The notes beneath the pieces are model-generated. The model made no database searches, had not been told where the DNA came from, and saw only the letters and a program-made list of their open reading frames with translations. A stretch of 64,000 bases of DNA from the NCBI RefSeq assembly GCF_009914755.1, contig NC_060937.1. One strand, written 5' to 3'. Of this stretch, positions 44,210 through 59,522 are shown one piece after another; within the stretch, counting starts at the first letter, position 1; every line of letters begins with the position of its first letter. The DNA comes from the human T2T-CHM13v2.0 reference genome, Homo sapiens. Both the position numbers and the translations under genes were made by a program.

Positions 44210-44268
44210 GTGAACTGGAGCAAGTGTCAGTCACCCAGGCTCTCCTTGGAGAGATAGGTGCCTCCTTA

Positions 44269-44763
44269 TGGAACAGGAATTAAAAGAAATTAAGGAGTGT
44301 GTAAGCAAAAACTCAGTTGTATGTAAGAAAACCCAATTCCGCCTGAGAAAAAGGAAGAGTTGGAGTCCTTTAAAAATTAACTGCCTGTTTTTCTGTGGCT
44401 AGTGAACCTTATCTCTCCTCCTTTCCCAGGCATTGTGAAAATCCTGTTTCCCTAGCTGTGCAGCTGCAAGGTCACTAGACAGATAAACTCAAGTTGCAAA
44501 ACATGTTTTTCTTTGAAAAGTAAGAAATGATGTAATGCATATCTCAACTGATTGAATAACTGCGTTTTTTTCTCACTTCTGTAGTATGCCTCCCCCTGCA
44601 CAGATCTCTCCCTGCCCCATGAAATGCTTAAAATGTAACTTAACTCTTTGTTCAGGGCTCAATCCTTTGGATGTTAATCTGACTGGGCTGGTGCACCTAA
44701 ATAATTGATAAATATCCTCCTGAACTCCATCGATCTCTCTAATTCCTTAAAAATCCTGCAACA
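44269..44763 (+). mobile_element. ERV1-type solo LTR (subfamily not assigned)
   Basis: TGGAACAGGAATTAAAAG...CCTGCAACA with perfect 4-bp TSD CTTA. Confidence 0.85.
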
Positions 44764-45579
44764 CTTACACTAAAAAGAGCCATTGCTAAGTGATTTTACT
44801 GCCGCTTAGAAATTTCAATCTCAAGGGCTGGGGTTCCCAGAGCGGGAGATTATGTCAAACTGCAACTCATGGTGCCAGCACCCCTTGACGAACACAAACC
44901 ACTGTTTTGTACTTCAGATCATTCTGATATTGATACTATGCTTTGAAACAAAATGTCAGAAGGCTTGGGAATGATAGTAAGAGGAGTTTAAACATAAATA
45001 AATAAACAATTTTTTAAATAAGCAAAATGCCAGGGGACACTAAGGAGCAAGGGCAAGGCCATCAACAGTAAAAATTGTGCCCAAATGCAGAGAGCAGGCT
45101 TGTGGTAGTCTCCTTGTTCAGGAGCCCAGAAATTCTATAGCTTACTTCTATGGAGATGCCTTTCCATGCTGTCAGTGTTTTGATGTGTCATTGCTATCCA
45201 CAAGTCTGGAAGAGCAATCTCTGCTGTTGTCCCAGATCATTTGTCCCTCTTACCGGAAGGACTCCTATTAAACAAGCCTCCATCCCACTCCTTCAGGATA
45301 ATAAAATTCCATACTTATCAGAAAGGGGAGAAGAAACAATTTATAAGGTACCTATACTGTGCCAGGAACTGTGTTAGGTGCATTCACCAACATTTTTTTA
45401 AAAATTTAATCCTGATTTTATTGACTTGGAAAAATCCCAGCTTAAACTGGGTATGAGGAATGTGGCCTGGAGATAAATTAACCAAGGAATTCAGTCTTCA
45501 CAAACCATTGGGAGGATGGCTGTCTGCCCTTTAAAAAATGCTTTTTGTTAAGAAATGACACTTTTGTCCCAGCAGAAGC

Positions 45580-46155
45580 ATTCATTTCATTCATTCATTC
45601 ATTCATTCACTCAGCAAACATTGACTGAATGCCTTCTGTGTGTCAGCTTTAGTGGGCAAAACAGAAGTCCCTACCCTGTGGAGCTCATATCTTAGCACGG
45701 TGAAAAGGCATAACAGATTGACAAGTCATATGACATATGAGGAGGTGCTAAGTGAGATGCAAAAAATAGAAATGAGTAGAGTTTTGGGAGTGAGGGGTGG
45801 GTTGGGTGCAATTTGACATACAGTAATCGAGATATCCCTCACTGAGAAAGTGACACCTGAGGAAAGACTTGAGGCAGGTGAGGGAGAAGCCAGGTGGACA
45901 GCTGGGGAAGAGCCTTGCAGGCAGAGGCAAAGGCCCTACTGTCAGGGAGTGCTTGATTTGTTCAAGGAACAACACAGAGGCATGGAGTGAACAAGGGGGA
46001 GAGTGACCAGGGGAAGGTGAGAGAGGTAAGGATAGGAAGGAGGTATCAGAGAGGGCCTTAGCCACAGCCATAAGACCTTGACATGGAGGGCACTGGAGGC
46101 TGTAGACTGGAGGAGTGACATGATCAAAATCACCTTTAACAAGATCACTCTTGGG
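45580..46155 (-). mobile_element. L2a-type fragment with (CATT)n tail
   Basis: (CATT)n, CCTACCCTGTGGAGCTCA, GAAAGACTTGA, GGAGTGACATGATC..AAGATCACTCT. Confidence 0.85.
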
Positions 46156-46158
46156 TCT

Positions 46159-47386
<1,228 letters not shown>

Positions 47387-47638
47387 CTACTGGAGAACTT
47401 TAGCCATTCATTCATTCAACCCAGACTTACTAGCTTCGGCTATGTGCCCAGCATTCTGAAAAGAACTAGGGACACAAACAGAAAGAACAAGGCAGACGTG
47501 CCCAGCCTTTATGAACTTACATTCTGTAAAGATGTCAAAGAAACAGATGAAACAATGACTAAAATGGCTGCATACTGGAATGAGCCTCTGAAGGGCATGA
47601 ACAAGGGCTGAAGTTAAGAATGTGTGTGGGGTGGGTGG

Positions 47639-48726
47639 TGTATTAGTCAGGGTTCTACTGAAAAACAGAATCAATAGGATGTGTATAGATACAGAAAGAC
47701 ATTTATTTTAAAGAATTGGGTCATGTGATTGTGGAGGTTTGGTGAGTTCAAAGTCTCATGGGAGAGGCCGGCAGGCTGGAGAATCAGGAAGGCGTTGCAG
47801 TTTGAGTACCGTCAACAAAAGGAGTCAGACTCTGTAAAACATTTGAAAAGTTTTATTCTGAGCCAAATATGCGTAACTATGGGCCTGTGACACAGCCCTC
47901 AGGAGGTCCTGAGAACATGTGCCCAAGGTGCTCAGGGTGCAGCTTGGTTATATACATTTTAGGGAGGCATGAAACGTCAATCAAATACATTGAAGAAATA
48001 CATTGCTATGTTCCAGAAAGGTGGGACATCTCGAAGCAGTGGGGGCTGGTGGGAGGTGGGGGTGGGCTTCCAGCTTATAGGTAAATTTAAAATGTTTCTG
48101 GTTGCAATTGGTTGAGTTTACCTAAAGACCTGGAATCAATAGACAGGAATGTCTGGGTTAAGATAAAGGACAGTGGAGACCCAAGTTCTTATTTGTAGAG
48201 GAAGCCTTCAGGTAGTAGGCTTCAGAGAGAACAGGTTGTAAAATGTTTCATATCAGACTTACAGTCTTGTGTTGATGTTAATGCCAGAGAGGTATGAGGA
48301 GGCATGTCTGACCCCCACTTCCCATCATGGCCTGAAACAGTCTGTCATGCTAAATTTTAAAAGAGCCCTGGTTGAGGAGGAAGTCCTTTCAGATGGTTGG
48401 GAGACCTTAAAAATTTATTTTTGGTTTACAGTCCAAAGACAGTCTGCAGTAGAACCAGGAAGAGCCCACATTTTGTATGAAGTTGAAGGCCGTCTGCTGG
48501 GGAACTCCTCTTTGCTCAGGGGAGGTTGGCCTTTTGTTTTGTTCAGGCCTTCAACTGATTGGATGAGGCCAAGCCACACTAGGGAAGGCAAGCTACTTTA
48601 CTTAAAGACAAGTGATTTAAATATAAATCTCACCCAACAACAGTCTTTCAAAGACATCCAGAATAAAGTGACCAAATATCTTGGCACACTGTGGCCCAGC
48701 CAACTGGACACATAAAATTAATCACT
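47639..48726 (-). mobile_element. MLT2-family LTR split by MER4
   Basis: TGTATTAGTCAGGGTTCT..GAATTGGGTCATGTGATTG..GACACATAAAATTAA. Confidence 0.85.
47810..48430 (-). mobile_element. MER4-family ERV1 solo LTR
   Basis: CGTCAACAAAAGGAGTCAGACTCTGTAAAA...TTTGGTTTACA; flanks GTAC/GTCC; homologous to 9587-10967. Confidence 0.88.
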
Positions 48727-50139
48727 GTGGGGGTTTGTCCAGTAGAGCGGGTGACTAGGAAGGCTACTCTGTGCAGGTGATAGGTACACTCAGATCTAAT
48801 GGGTGAGCAGAAATTAGGCATGCAAATTGAAGGGAGAACATTCCTGGCAGAGCACATTGGCCTGTGTCACACCTTCTCTCAAGCTAGATTTCCCTTCCTT
48901 CTATCACCTGTCATCAAGGTCAGCAAAAAGCAAAAGGTAATGACAGCAGCTCTTTGGTGGAATCAAGTTTGTGGCCTCAAGTGGCAGGGGGTCACTTCCT
49001 TTTCTATTCAGAATATAGGCTTTTGCCAAGTTGGACAGCAAGGCAGGTTTCTAAGGAAAGCAATGGGAAAATGGCAAATCTCACAAATTCCACAGAAGAT
49101 GATTACGACCTTGAGAATTCACCTAATTATTTCCTTGGAAGTCTAAAATTATAGACTATACTTGACAGGGATCCAAACTATTTCTAGAAGAGCAGAGCCT
49201 GTTGTCACGTGAGGAGTCCCCAGATGCAGACCCATTTGCACTGAGAGTGAGCGGGATGATTCCTCACCCTGGCTTTTGGTTCATCCTCTACAGTTCCTGA
49301 AGCCTCTGGCTCAGACACACTGGATCACAGATTTGCCTTACTCTGTTCCATTAAGGTTTCCGAGCTCAAGGGAAACAGAACAAAACAAAATCCTACCAAA
49401 CACACTTCCCTCTTCCATGTACCCCTGGGTTTGAATATGCACAGTTCTTTCCCTGTCTGGTAGTGACCAGGGACCAGGGCATACTGGCTGTCCTCAGTTG
49501 ACTCTTTAAGCTCCAGCTAGGCCATGCTGGCTTCTCTTTGATTGATTTTGTGTTTTGTAATGTTCAAGTTTCCTTCTCCCTCAGGTGAAGAGCTAACTGA
49601 CAGCTTTGGAGTTAACCAAAACAGGGTAATGATTTGCCTTTCTGGTACGTGTATATAGTGAAAATGTGTGTAGTTTTCCTTTGACTCCCTGCTCTAAGAA
49701 TTTTCCTTTCTTCTCTCTCCCTGTCTAGGGAGATACAAAACATCTCTGTGAAAGAAGTATAAAATGCTCTGTATTGTTTTCCCCCAATCTGACTGGGTTT
49801 CTTTAGTGTTCTCCCCTTTAGAAGAAGTATGTCTCTGTCTTCAGCTCTTTCCTCAGGCTAGGGGTTGACTATTAGATTCCAGTAACTCAACTTTCACATG
49901 TAAATCTATTTGCCAGCCAGATTATATTTAATAACAGAGCCAGAAACTGGCCCTAAAGCCAGAGGAGCTTGTATGGTTTGAAAATATTTGCATGAATAGT
50001 TTAAATTCTGGCAAACAGTTCAGGCATCCAGATGGATCACGGGGAATATGTTCTCTGGTTGGATGTTGACTCCTAGGGTATAATAAAACTAAAAAAGAGG
50101 TCACAGTACCACTTTTGCCTTTTCTGAAGTAAATATAAT

Positions 50140-50310
50140 CATAGTAATAGCTCATATCTGTAGCACTTACTATGTGCCAGGCATTATTCTGAGACTACAA
50201 GGATTACCCCCATTGAATCCTGACAGCCTTATGAGATAGGGGCTATTATCCCTATTGTCAGATGAGAAAACTGAGCTACGAGGAGCTTAAGAACCTTGCC
50301 TAAGGAAATG
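50140..50310 (-). mobile_element. MIR
   Basis: AGCACTTACTATGTGCCAGGCA..ATTATCCC..CAGATGAGAAAACTGAG..CTTGCCTAAGG. Confidence 0.85.
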
Positions 50311-50382
50311 GTAGAAACTCAGAGAGTGGCCCACAGTCTACTACAAACATTTAAAAATAAATATCAAAATGTTATAAAGGTT

Positions 50383-50432
50383 ACCCTCTCAAACCAGGAA
50401 ACAAACTAGAGACCCTCTCAAACCAGGAAACA
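50383..50432. repeat. Perfect 21-bp direct repeat with 8-bp spacer
   Basis: ACCCTCTCAAACCAGGAAACA at 50383-50403 and 50412-50432. Confidence 0.95.
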
Positions 50433-50647
50433 GTCTCTGTCATGCTCTTGTCATGGTGGCCTTGAATGAAGTCTTTCTGGGCCCGCTCCTGCTAGTGGCC
50501 AGGTCTTCAGGCAGGGAGCCCATTGGAATAGCTTTTGGGATTAGGTCTCTTTTCTGCATCAGGATTCAGGCAGAACCCCAGAGGCATGTGAACCCACACA
50601 CTCTTATCTGCAGGAAGCAAATCTTTTTACTTAAAGAAGTGCCTGGA

Positions 50648-50812
50648 GCAGAGCTTCTCCAACAGTGAGGTGCAGAAGCATCACCTGGGATGCAGGCAAA
50701 GTGCCAGTTCTGACTGAGTGGGGCTGCGGTGGAGCCTGAGGTTCTGCTTGTCTGACGGACTCCCAGGTGACACTACTGCTGCTGGCCCACCAGAATGAGA
50801 GGCAATGACCTA
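50648..50812. mobile_element. MER5-type hAT fragment
   Basis: GCTTCTCCAAC..CATCACCTGGG..GGTGGAGCCTGAG..CTCCCAGGTGA. Confidence 0.6.
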
Positions 50813-50975
50813 GAACAATTGCATCTTGAGTATATTTGTTGGCTTCAATGTTTCAGCTACAAGGAACTTTTCTACCAAGTTAGGTATTCTATATTTAAGC
50901 ACATATTGGACCTAGTTCCCACTTACTGTCTCACTTTTAGTTACTGGAGTAGAAGATATTTTCCATTTGGGAGAA

Positions 50976-51375
50976 TGTTCTGGGTGAAGCGTGTCCCTTC
51001 ATAATTTGTGTGTTGAAGCCTTAGCTTTCAGTACCTCAGAATCTGACTATGTGTGGATATAAGGCCTTTAAATTAAGTTACAATGGGGTTGTTGGAGTGG
51101 AACCTAATACAGTCTGACTGCAGTCCTTAAAAGAAGAGGAAATTTGGACTCCCATCTAGACACCAGGAATGTACATGCACAGAGAGATGGCCATGTGAGG
51201 ACACAGGGAGAAGACAGCCATCTACAAGTTGAGGAGAGAGGACTCAGGAGGAAACAACCCTGCTGACACCATGATCTCAGCCTTTCAACCTCCAGAGCTG
51301 TGAGAAATAAATTTCTATTATTTAAGCCACCCAGTCTTTGGAATTTAGTTATGGCAGCCTGAGCAGACTAAGGCA
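50976..51375 (+). mobile_element. MLT1B-type MaLR LTR
   Basis: GTACCTCAGAAT..AAGAAGAGGAAATTTGGAC..GAAATAAATTTC..GCAGACTAA. Confidence 0.85.
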
Positions 51376-52189
51376 GAGGGTACCTATGATCTAAACCTCC
51401 CTCCCATGTCTGAGGAACCTGGTGCTGTGTAAGTGTGGCCGTAAAGCAGGGCTCTACCTTCTACCAGGAAAGCTGAAAAGACCATGATTGCTTTTTTTGC
51501 CCCTTAGCAGCTACAGAGGGACCATGTGGTCAAAGCTTGACCCATTGTGGGCTCTTCCAGGGACTGTGAATTTAGAGTGAGGTGCGCAAACAAGCCAGGG
51601 CAGCTCAGATATGTTCCAGTGGCAGTATGGTTCCCTTTGTTCAGGGGCCCATGGCGATGTAGCAGTGAGGGAAACCAGTGTCCAGTGGTGGTAAGGCCAC
51701 TGCTGAGTGCCAGGGCAATGTGGAATGTTCAGGGGCAACCATGTGCCAACAAGCCTGTGCTGAGGCATGACCCAGAAGGGGTTACTGCCTTGATTCCCTT
51801 TGTTCCTTGCCTCTTCCAAGCCTGGTTCTCCAGCCTTCCTAACAATTCTCTCTGCTCCCAAGGGCTTTCCAATAAATTTCTCATCTGCTAAGCTAGCTGG
51901 AGTTGATTTCTATTTTTTTGAAACCAAGAACTCTGGCTTGTATGGTCTCAAAGATTTGGAATAATTGACCTTGTTTTCCTGCTTAAACATTCTTCATCTG
52001 AAATTCTTTTTACTCATCTGTGTTCAATTGTTGCCCCATAAAAAGCAGAGTAATATTGTTTTCTCTGTTTTCCATCTTTACTGTATTCAAAGAGAGACTG
52101 ACACTGTGGCTGCTTTGTCTCTCACATCCTGCCTAGGGTAATCATGTTCATCTTTTTATCTGGGTTGTACCGAGGTATGCTTAGATGGT

Positions 52190-52955
<766 letters not shown>

Positions 52956-53059
52956 AAAGATAAAAGAAGGAGTGGCTTAATGTATAACACATAATGAGCC
53001 TATGCTTGCAAACATCTCCCTTGATGGGAGAGGTTTACTAAAAGAAATTCAATATTGAA

Positions 53060-54215
53060 ATGGTCAAAAATGGAATTCTGAAACATTAAGGCATGCCAGG
53101 TTTTCCAGGACTCCAGATGGCTACATATTATGGCCTGTTCTTGTGCATTTTTTAAACCAAAGGACAAATTACATCAAGGAAAGTTTGGAACTCAAATGAT
53201 CATTATTCAAAAATCCATTTTAACTGTAAAGTCAAAATGCAGAGTCTTCTAAGTCTTCTGTCTATCTCAGTATTTTTTCCTGCCTTCTTTGAATCTGATG
53301 ACTTTTCTACTGATGCTCAGATAAAAACACACTCTTTAAGACAGTACTAATTCAAGGCTACTTGGAGATTTTGCTTTTCTTATACAATTCAGCCACTTTA
53401 AGCTAAAATGTAAACATTGAAGATTTAACCATAAACTCATTTGAAACTGAAAGGAAAAAGGTGGTAAAGAGGTTTTTAAACCAAACTGCCATGAAACTGC
53501 TTTGCCCACAATTTTGGCTGGCAGCCTTCATTAGATTACCCATCAGGACAAATAAAGTTAGCCATGTGAACAGGTCCCTATTTTGTCAGAAATGTAATTT
53601 GAATCCAGACATCTTTCATAAACCAGTGAGTCTGTATTACTATCTCATGATCAAAATTCTAGGAAGGAATGCTATAAGATCTTCATTTCTATGTGTGTAT
53701 ATGTGTTTATGTATATGTACACATATTATGTTATAGGTTGTGTCTACATGGTATCAAATTGACTTATAAATGAATTAGCTCATAAACTAGCAAGCCCAAA
53801 TATTTTCCAAGTTCATATGACTTAAGTAAATATTTAATAAATAAGCTGGTTAAAATTATTGGTAAAATAATAATAGAAATGTCTTCAAAATTGTCAACAT
53901 ATATTTTCTTTCCTAGATTTACTGGTCAGACAGTTTTATACATGTCTCTGCTAAATGTTTTAAGATGTCAGGGTTTGACATGAAATGGGGTAAACATAAA
54001 TAAACTTTTCATGTAATTTGAAATCTTAAAGTTATGTTAAATAATAAATACTTATTAAATGCCTGGATCATTTTAATTTAAAAAATTATGTTACATGTTT
54101 CTAAAAATGTTTCTCATCTATAAAATATGAGTATGTGACAGACAATTCAAGATTTCTTGCCTCCAAAGTTTTCACTAAAATTTAAGCTTACTAAGAGTTA
54201 AAAATCCTAATTAAT
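53060..54215 (+). mobile_element. AT-rich ERV1 (MER4-group) internal fragment
   Basis: Non-coding internal-type text such as GGTAAAATAATAATAGAAATGTCTTCAAAATTGTC; recognised from memory only. Confidence 0.55.
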
Positions 54216-54296
54216 ATGTATAGTACTATATATAGTATATATATACTATATATATTTATATGTTATAATATATATATATATATATATATAGTATAG
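54216..54296. repeat. (TA)n microsatellite
   Basis: TA-rich tract with a pure run at about 54268-54290. Confidence 0.95.
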
Positions 54297-54419
54297 TAGG
54301 TATGGAGGAGACGAGGTCAGGGAGCGGGCAAGAAGCCAGGTCACAAAGGGCCTTCAAAGCCTTGATAAGAACTTAGGGTTTTGTTCTAAGCATGTTGGGT
54401 AGTTGTGCTATTGTTGCTG

Positions 54420-54720
54420 CTGCAACAAACACTTACTAAGCTCTTATTAGGTGCCAGACAACTATGCTAAATGCTTTACATGTATTATCTTCTCAGCTAC
54501 TTTGTAAATTCCCACAGCTCTACTGACTTTTGGAATCAGACAGATCTGGCTTTAAAACCCATCTCTTCCACTTTCCATCTGTGTGATGTTGGCCAAGTTG
54601 CTGAATCTCTCAGTGGTTCAGTTTTCTTATTTGTAAAATGGGAGTAAAAATATCTCATAGGGTTATTGTGAGGATAAAGCAAGAGAGTGTTTGTTAAGCA
54701 ACTAGCAAAATGCCTCAGTA
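54420..54720. mobile_element. Two MIR fragments in opposite orientations
   Basis: 54420-54490 minus (GTGCCAGACA..CTAAATGCTTTACA); 54530-54720 plus (CAGTTTTCTTATTTGTAAAATGGG..GTTATTGTGAGGAT). Confidence 0.75.
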
Positions 54721-55307
54721 GTTTTAGTTCTCTTCCTCTTCCCCTCTGCTTTGTTGTCCCTTCCTTTAGGTCAGTGACCAGGTCTTAAGTCATTTTTGTA
54801 GCTGTTTATTATCTTGCTTGGTTCCCTGTATATAGCAGTGACTGGGTAGTTCATTTGCATAAATAAAGAAGTGAATGAGTTTCCTTTTTGCACAATTGTA
54901 ACCAGGGTCATTTATTGCCAGGAGATGAGGTATTGCTGGCTTATGTTGGCCTCCAGGCTGTGGGGCTGGGGTAGGAAGAAAAGGGAGTCTAGGAGGTTGG
55001 AATACCTCCAAACAGAGGCACAGATGCAGGGAAGGATGAGGCATGTTCTAGGAGCAGTAAGTAGGCCAGTTTTGTTGGGTTATAAGGGAGCTCTATCATG
55101 CTGACCTTGCATACCAAGAGAGTCTGTATGTTCTTCAGCAGGAAGAATTGGAACCCACAAGAATTTTTTTAGTAGAAAAAAAAAGCCCCACAGTGCAACC
55201 TCTAGCTTGATTGTTCTTGCTGGTATGTAGCTTAGTAATGTTCCTTAGCCATTTCATGTCCAGTGCCTCTATTAGAGAATAAAGTTTCTTATCCAGAACA
55301 GGGGTTA

Positions 55308-55585
55308 GGCTGGGTGTGGTGGCTCATGCCTGTAATCCCAGTGCTTTGAGAGCCTGATGCAGGAGGATAACTTGAGGACAGGAGTTTGAGACCAGCTTGG
55401 GCAATAAAATGAGACCCTGCCTCTACCAAAAAAAAAAAAAAAAAAATCCCAATGTGGTGATGCACTGCCTTTGATCTCAGCTACTTGGGAGGCTGAGGTG
55501 GGAGAATCCATAGCAGTGAGCTATGATTGTGCCACTGCACTCCATCCTGGGTGACAGAGCAAGAGCTCATCTCTTAAAAAAAAAT
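55308..55585 (+). mobile_element. AluJ with short right-arm deletion
   Basis: TSD AACAGGGGTTA at 55297-55307 and 55586-55596. Confidence 0.93.
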
Positions 55586-56240
55586 AACAGGGGTTAAACA
55601 TTCTTCAGTGAATTCATTCAACAAATATTTATTAAGCCCTATTGTGTCCCAGGCACTCTCTAGAGATACAGTGGTGAATAAAACAAAATCTCTACTCTGT
55701 TGAAGTTTGCATAACAATGAAGGAAGACAGATTCTACTCATATAAACAAATAAATACAATAACATAATTTAAGATAAAGTCATGAGAGACTACCTGTGTG
55801 TTGCTACTTTAGCTAGAGTGGTCAGGGAAAGCTTCTCTGAGGAGGAGAAACCTGAGTGATGAGAAAGAGATGAGACAGCCACGTGAAATCCAGGGAAATG
55901 ATTCCAGGTGAGGAAGCCCTGTGATGAGAATGAGCTTGAAGTATCCAGGGGCCAGAAATCATCCAGTGGGACTGGAGGCTGGGGAAACAAGGGGAGGGTT
56001 AAAGGAGACAGACCTGGGACGGCAAACACAGGTTGGATTATGTAGAGTCTTAAAGGACTTTGGACTTCATGCTAATCATAATGTAATTCCAATCATAATG
56101 TGTGGGGGGGTGGGTTATGTAAGGAAGTGCACCAGACTTACCCAATAAAAAGATCACTCTTGCTGCCAAGTGGAGAATGGATTATAGGGAGCAAGAGCTG
56201 CAGCCAGGGACAGGTCCAGATGTAGTTGCAGTTACTCAGC

Positions 56241-56664
56241 TGCTATGGTTTGAATGTGTGAGTTTCTCCAAAATTCCTGTTGAAACTTAATTATCTCCTA
56301 AAGCCCCACCTCTTAATCCTGTTGCATTGGAGTTTCAACCCACAAGAGGTGGGGCTTTAGGAGATGATTATGTCTTGAGGATTCTGTCCTCATGAATGAG
56401 ATTAGTGCCCTTCTGAAGGGGCTTGAGGGAGCGTATTTGGCCTTCTTTTGCCCTCCTGCCATGTGAGAACACAACGTTCATCCTTTTCACTATGTGAGGA
56501 GGCAGCAACAAGGCGTCTTCTATGAAGCAGAGAGCAGCCCTTGCCAGTCACTCAATCTGCCAGCACCTTGATCTTGGACTTTCCAGCCTCCAGAACTGTG
56601 AGAAACAAATTTATAAATCACTCGATCTAAGGTATTTTGTTAGAGCAGCAGGAATGTACTGACA
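56241..56664 (+). mobile_element. MST/MLT1A-type MaLR LTR with internal inverted duplication
   Basis: TGCTATGGTTTGAATGTG...CTTGATCTTGGACTT..CTGACA. Confidence 0.88.
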
Positions 56665-56665
56665 C

Positions 56666-57083
56666 TGTCTTGGTTCATTTCATGTTGCTGTAGAGAAACA
56701 CCTAAGGCCAGGTAATTTATAAAGAGGTTTATTTAGCTCACATTTCTATAGGCTGTACCATCTGCTGGGCTTCTGATGAGGGCTTTTCTGCTGCATCAAA
56801 ACATGGCATAAAAGGTCAAAGGAGAAGTGGACATATGTGAAGAGGAACCAAACCTGAAGAGTGTCCTGGTTTTATAACAATCTACTCTTGTGGGAACTAA
56901 TCCATTCCCCTAAGACCCAATCCAGTCTCATGAGAACAAGAACAGCACCAAGCCATCCATGAGGAATCCACCCCCATGACCCAAACACCTCCCAGTAGGC
57001 CCCACCTCCCAATACCACCACACTGGGATCTGATTTCAACATGAGATTTGGTGGGATAAACAAACCATACCCACACCACAGCA
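56666..57083 (-). mobile_element. MSTB-type MaLR LTR
   Basis: TGTCTTGGTTCATTT..GGTAATTTATAAAG..TTTCAACATGAGATTTGG..CACCACAGCA. Confidence 0.85.
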
Positions 57084-57739
57084 GACACCTACTGAGAGAC
57101 AGTGGTATCTCAAACCACTGTTGGAGCAGTAATGAAGGTGGGAAGGCATCAGATATGGTTTTTATTTTAGAGGTAGAGGCAACAAAATGGCTGATAAATT
57201 GTACATTTAGTTTAGCTTAGTTAAAATTGTATTTGCCTATACCCAAAAGAATAAGATAGAAGTTAATTTCTCTCTTAAATCAGCATCTATGTAGGAGGTC
57301 TGGGGCTAGTAGGGCACACTGTACTATTATCAATTTTCTCTTTCTTCTTTCCAACTTCTTCATTTTGGAAAGGGAATGTCTATCCTATGCCTTTCCCACC
57401 ATTGTGCTTTGGGAGCACATAACCTACCATGTGAGTTAGAAGTGAAATCAACGAATCAAGGATAATTGCCAGATTTTTGCATAAGCAAAAAGTAAATGAT
57501 GGTGCCATTTACTATGATGAGTAAAATTGGGATTTGAGCAGGTTTTGGAATAGGGGTGGATGGAGAAAAATCAGGGGGGGTTGTTTTGCCATATTGAAAT
57601 TGATGTTCTCATTAGAAATTTGAGCTAAGCCATCAATCATAGAAAACTGGATCTCAGGGGAGTCATCAGCATACATGTTGCATTTAAAGTGCTATGATTG
57701 GATAAGATCAACTACAGAAAGGGTATAAAAACAGAAAAA

Positions 57740-58155
<416 letters not shown>

Positions 58156-59522
58156 TTATTTTTTCAGATGTTATAATGATAGTGTGCTTACATCTCTTAT
58201 AAAAGAATCCTTATTTAGAGATACATACTGAAATATTTATAGATGAAATATGTTTGGGACTTATAAATAATTTGGGAGGGAAAGTAGGTAAGGAATAGAG
58301 AAAACAAAATGGGTCATGAGCTGAAGTTAGGTCAAAGTATAATAGCTTCAGCTATTATACTTTTCTGAATGCTTTTATATACATTAAAAATGTTCCATGA
58401 TATAAAAGTAAAATAGAAAAAGAAATGTGTAACCACTCAAGTAGGATGACCTCCAGGATATTGTGCTGTCATGAAACCTAGTGAAGAATGTGTTTCCCAG
58501 AGGAGACAGTGGTCAATGTCTAGTGCTGCTGAGGGCAAGCAGGATTTGGACAGAGAATTGACCATTGGATTTGACAAAGCAGCTGTCATTGATGATCTTG
58601 CTAAGAGTCATTCAGTGGACTGATGAGGACAAAGCCTGGTGGGAGGGTGTTGTATAAAGAATGGACAATGAGGGAGTAGAAAGGGAAAGATAGATGATTT
58701 TTCTGCTCTAGAGGAGAACAGAGAAATTGAGAGACAGCTAGAGAGGGGCATGGAGTCAAGGAATTTATTTAAATAGGTCCCATTAAGGCATAGAGGTATG
58801 TTGATTGGAATGAGGCAGCAAGGAAGAAACTGATGCTGTGGCAGCAAGATCTTGAGTAGAGAGAGCTCATTGGATGGACAGCACTAGGACAGGGGCTGGC
58901 CTTGCAGAGGATCAGGGTCTTTCTTCCTCTGTATCAGGTGAGAGGACAAAATATGTGGGTCTGGACACAGGTTTCTGGAGTTTGGTAGTGGGATGAAGTA
59001 GTTCTCATCTGATTGTAAGTATTTTCTCAGTGAAGTGTGAAATGTGGTCACAAGCTAAAAGCAAAGAAAGAAGGTTTTCAGGGGTTTGAGAAGGGAGGAG
59101 AAGGTGCCAAATAGTCTCCTCAAAGAGAGGGGACTGGATCTACCAGGGAAATGTAGCGTCCATTAGGAACTGTCATGAATTCAAAGAGAAAAACAAGCAG
59201 TAAGATTGTTTGATTGACATCATCCGGTTTCCTCCCCTGAAGTGGTGGCGTGAAGGAGGCAGACAGTTGCATTTAATCGGGGGTAGAGTTTTACCAGGTG
59301 AATCTAGTGGAGGAAGAGAAGAGGCAGATTGTAGGAAAGGGGCTAAAGGACCACGGGCTCTAAGCAAGGGAAGAGAGAAGTCAGTGAGTGGTTTTTTGTA
59401 TGACGCGGTGTGTGTACAGGGGAGTAGAGGACATTGTGAGTTTGTTTGCAGTGTAGCTGGGTGGGGGAATTGAGTGAGTGAATCAGGAGGTGAGGAGATG
59501 GTGGCCAAGAATGAGAAGGACT

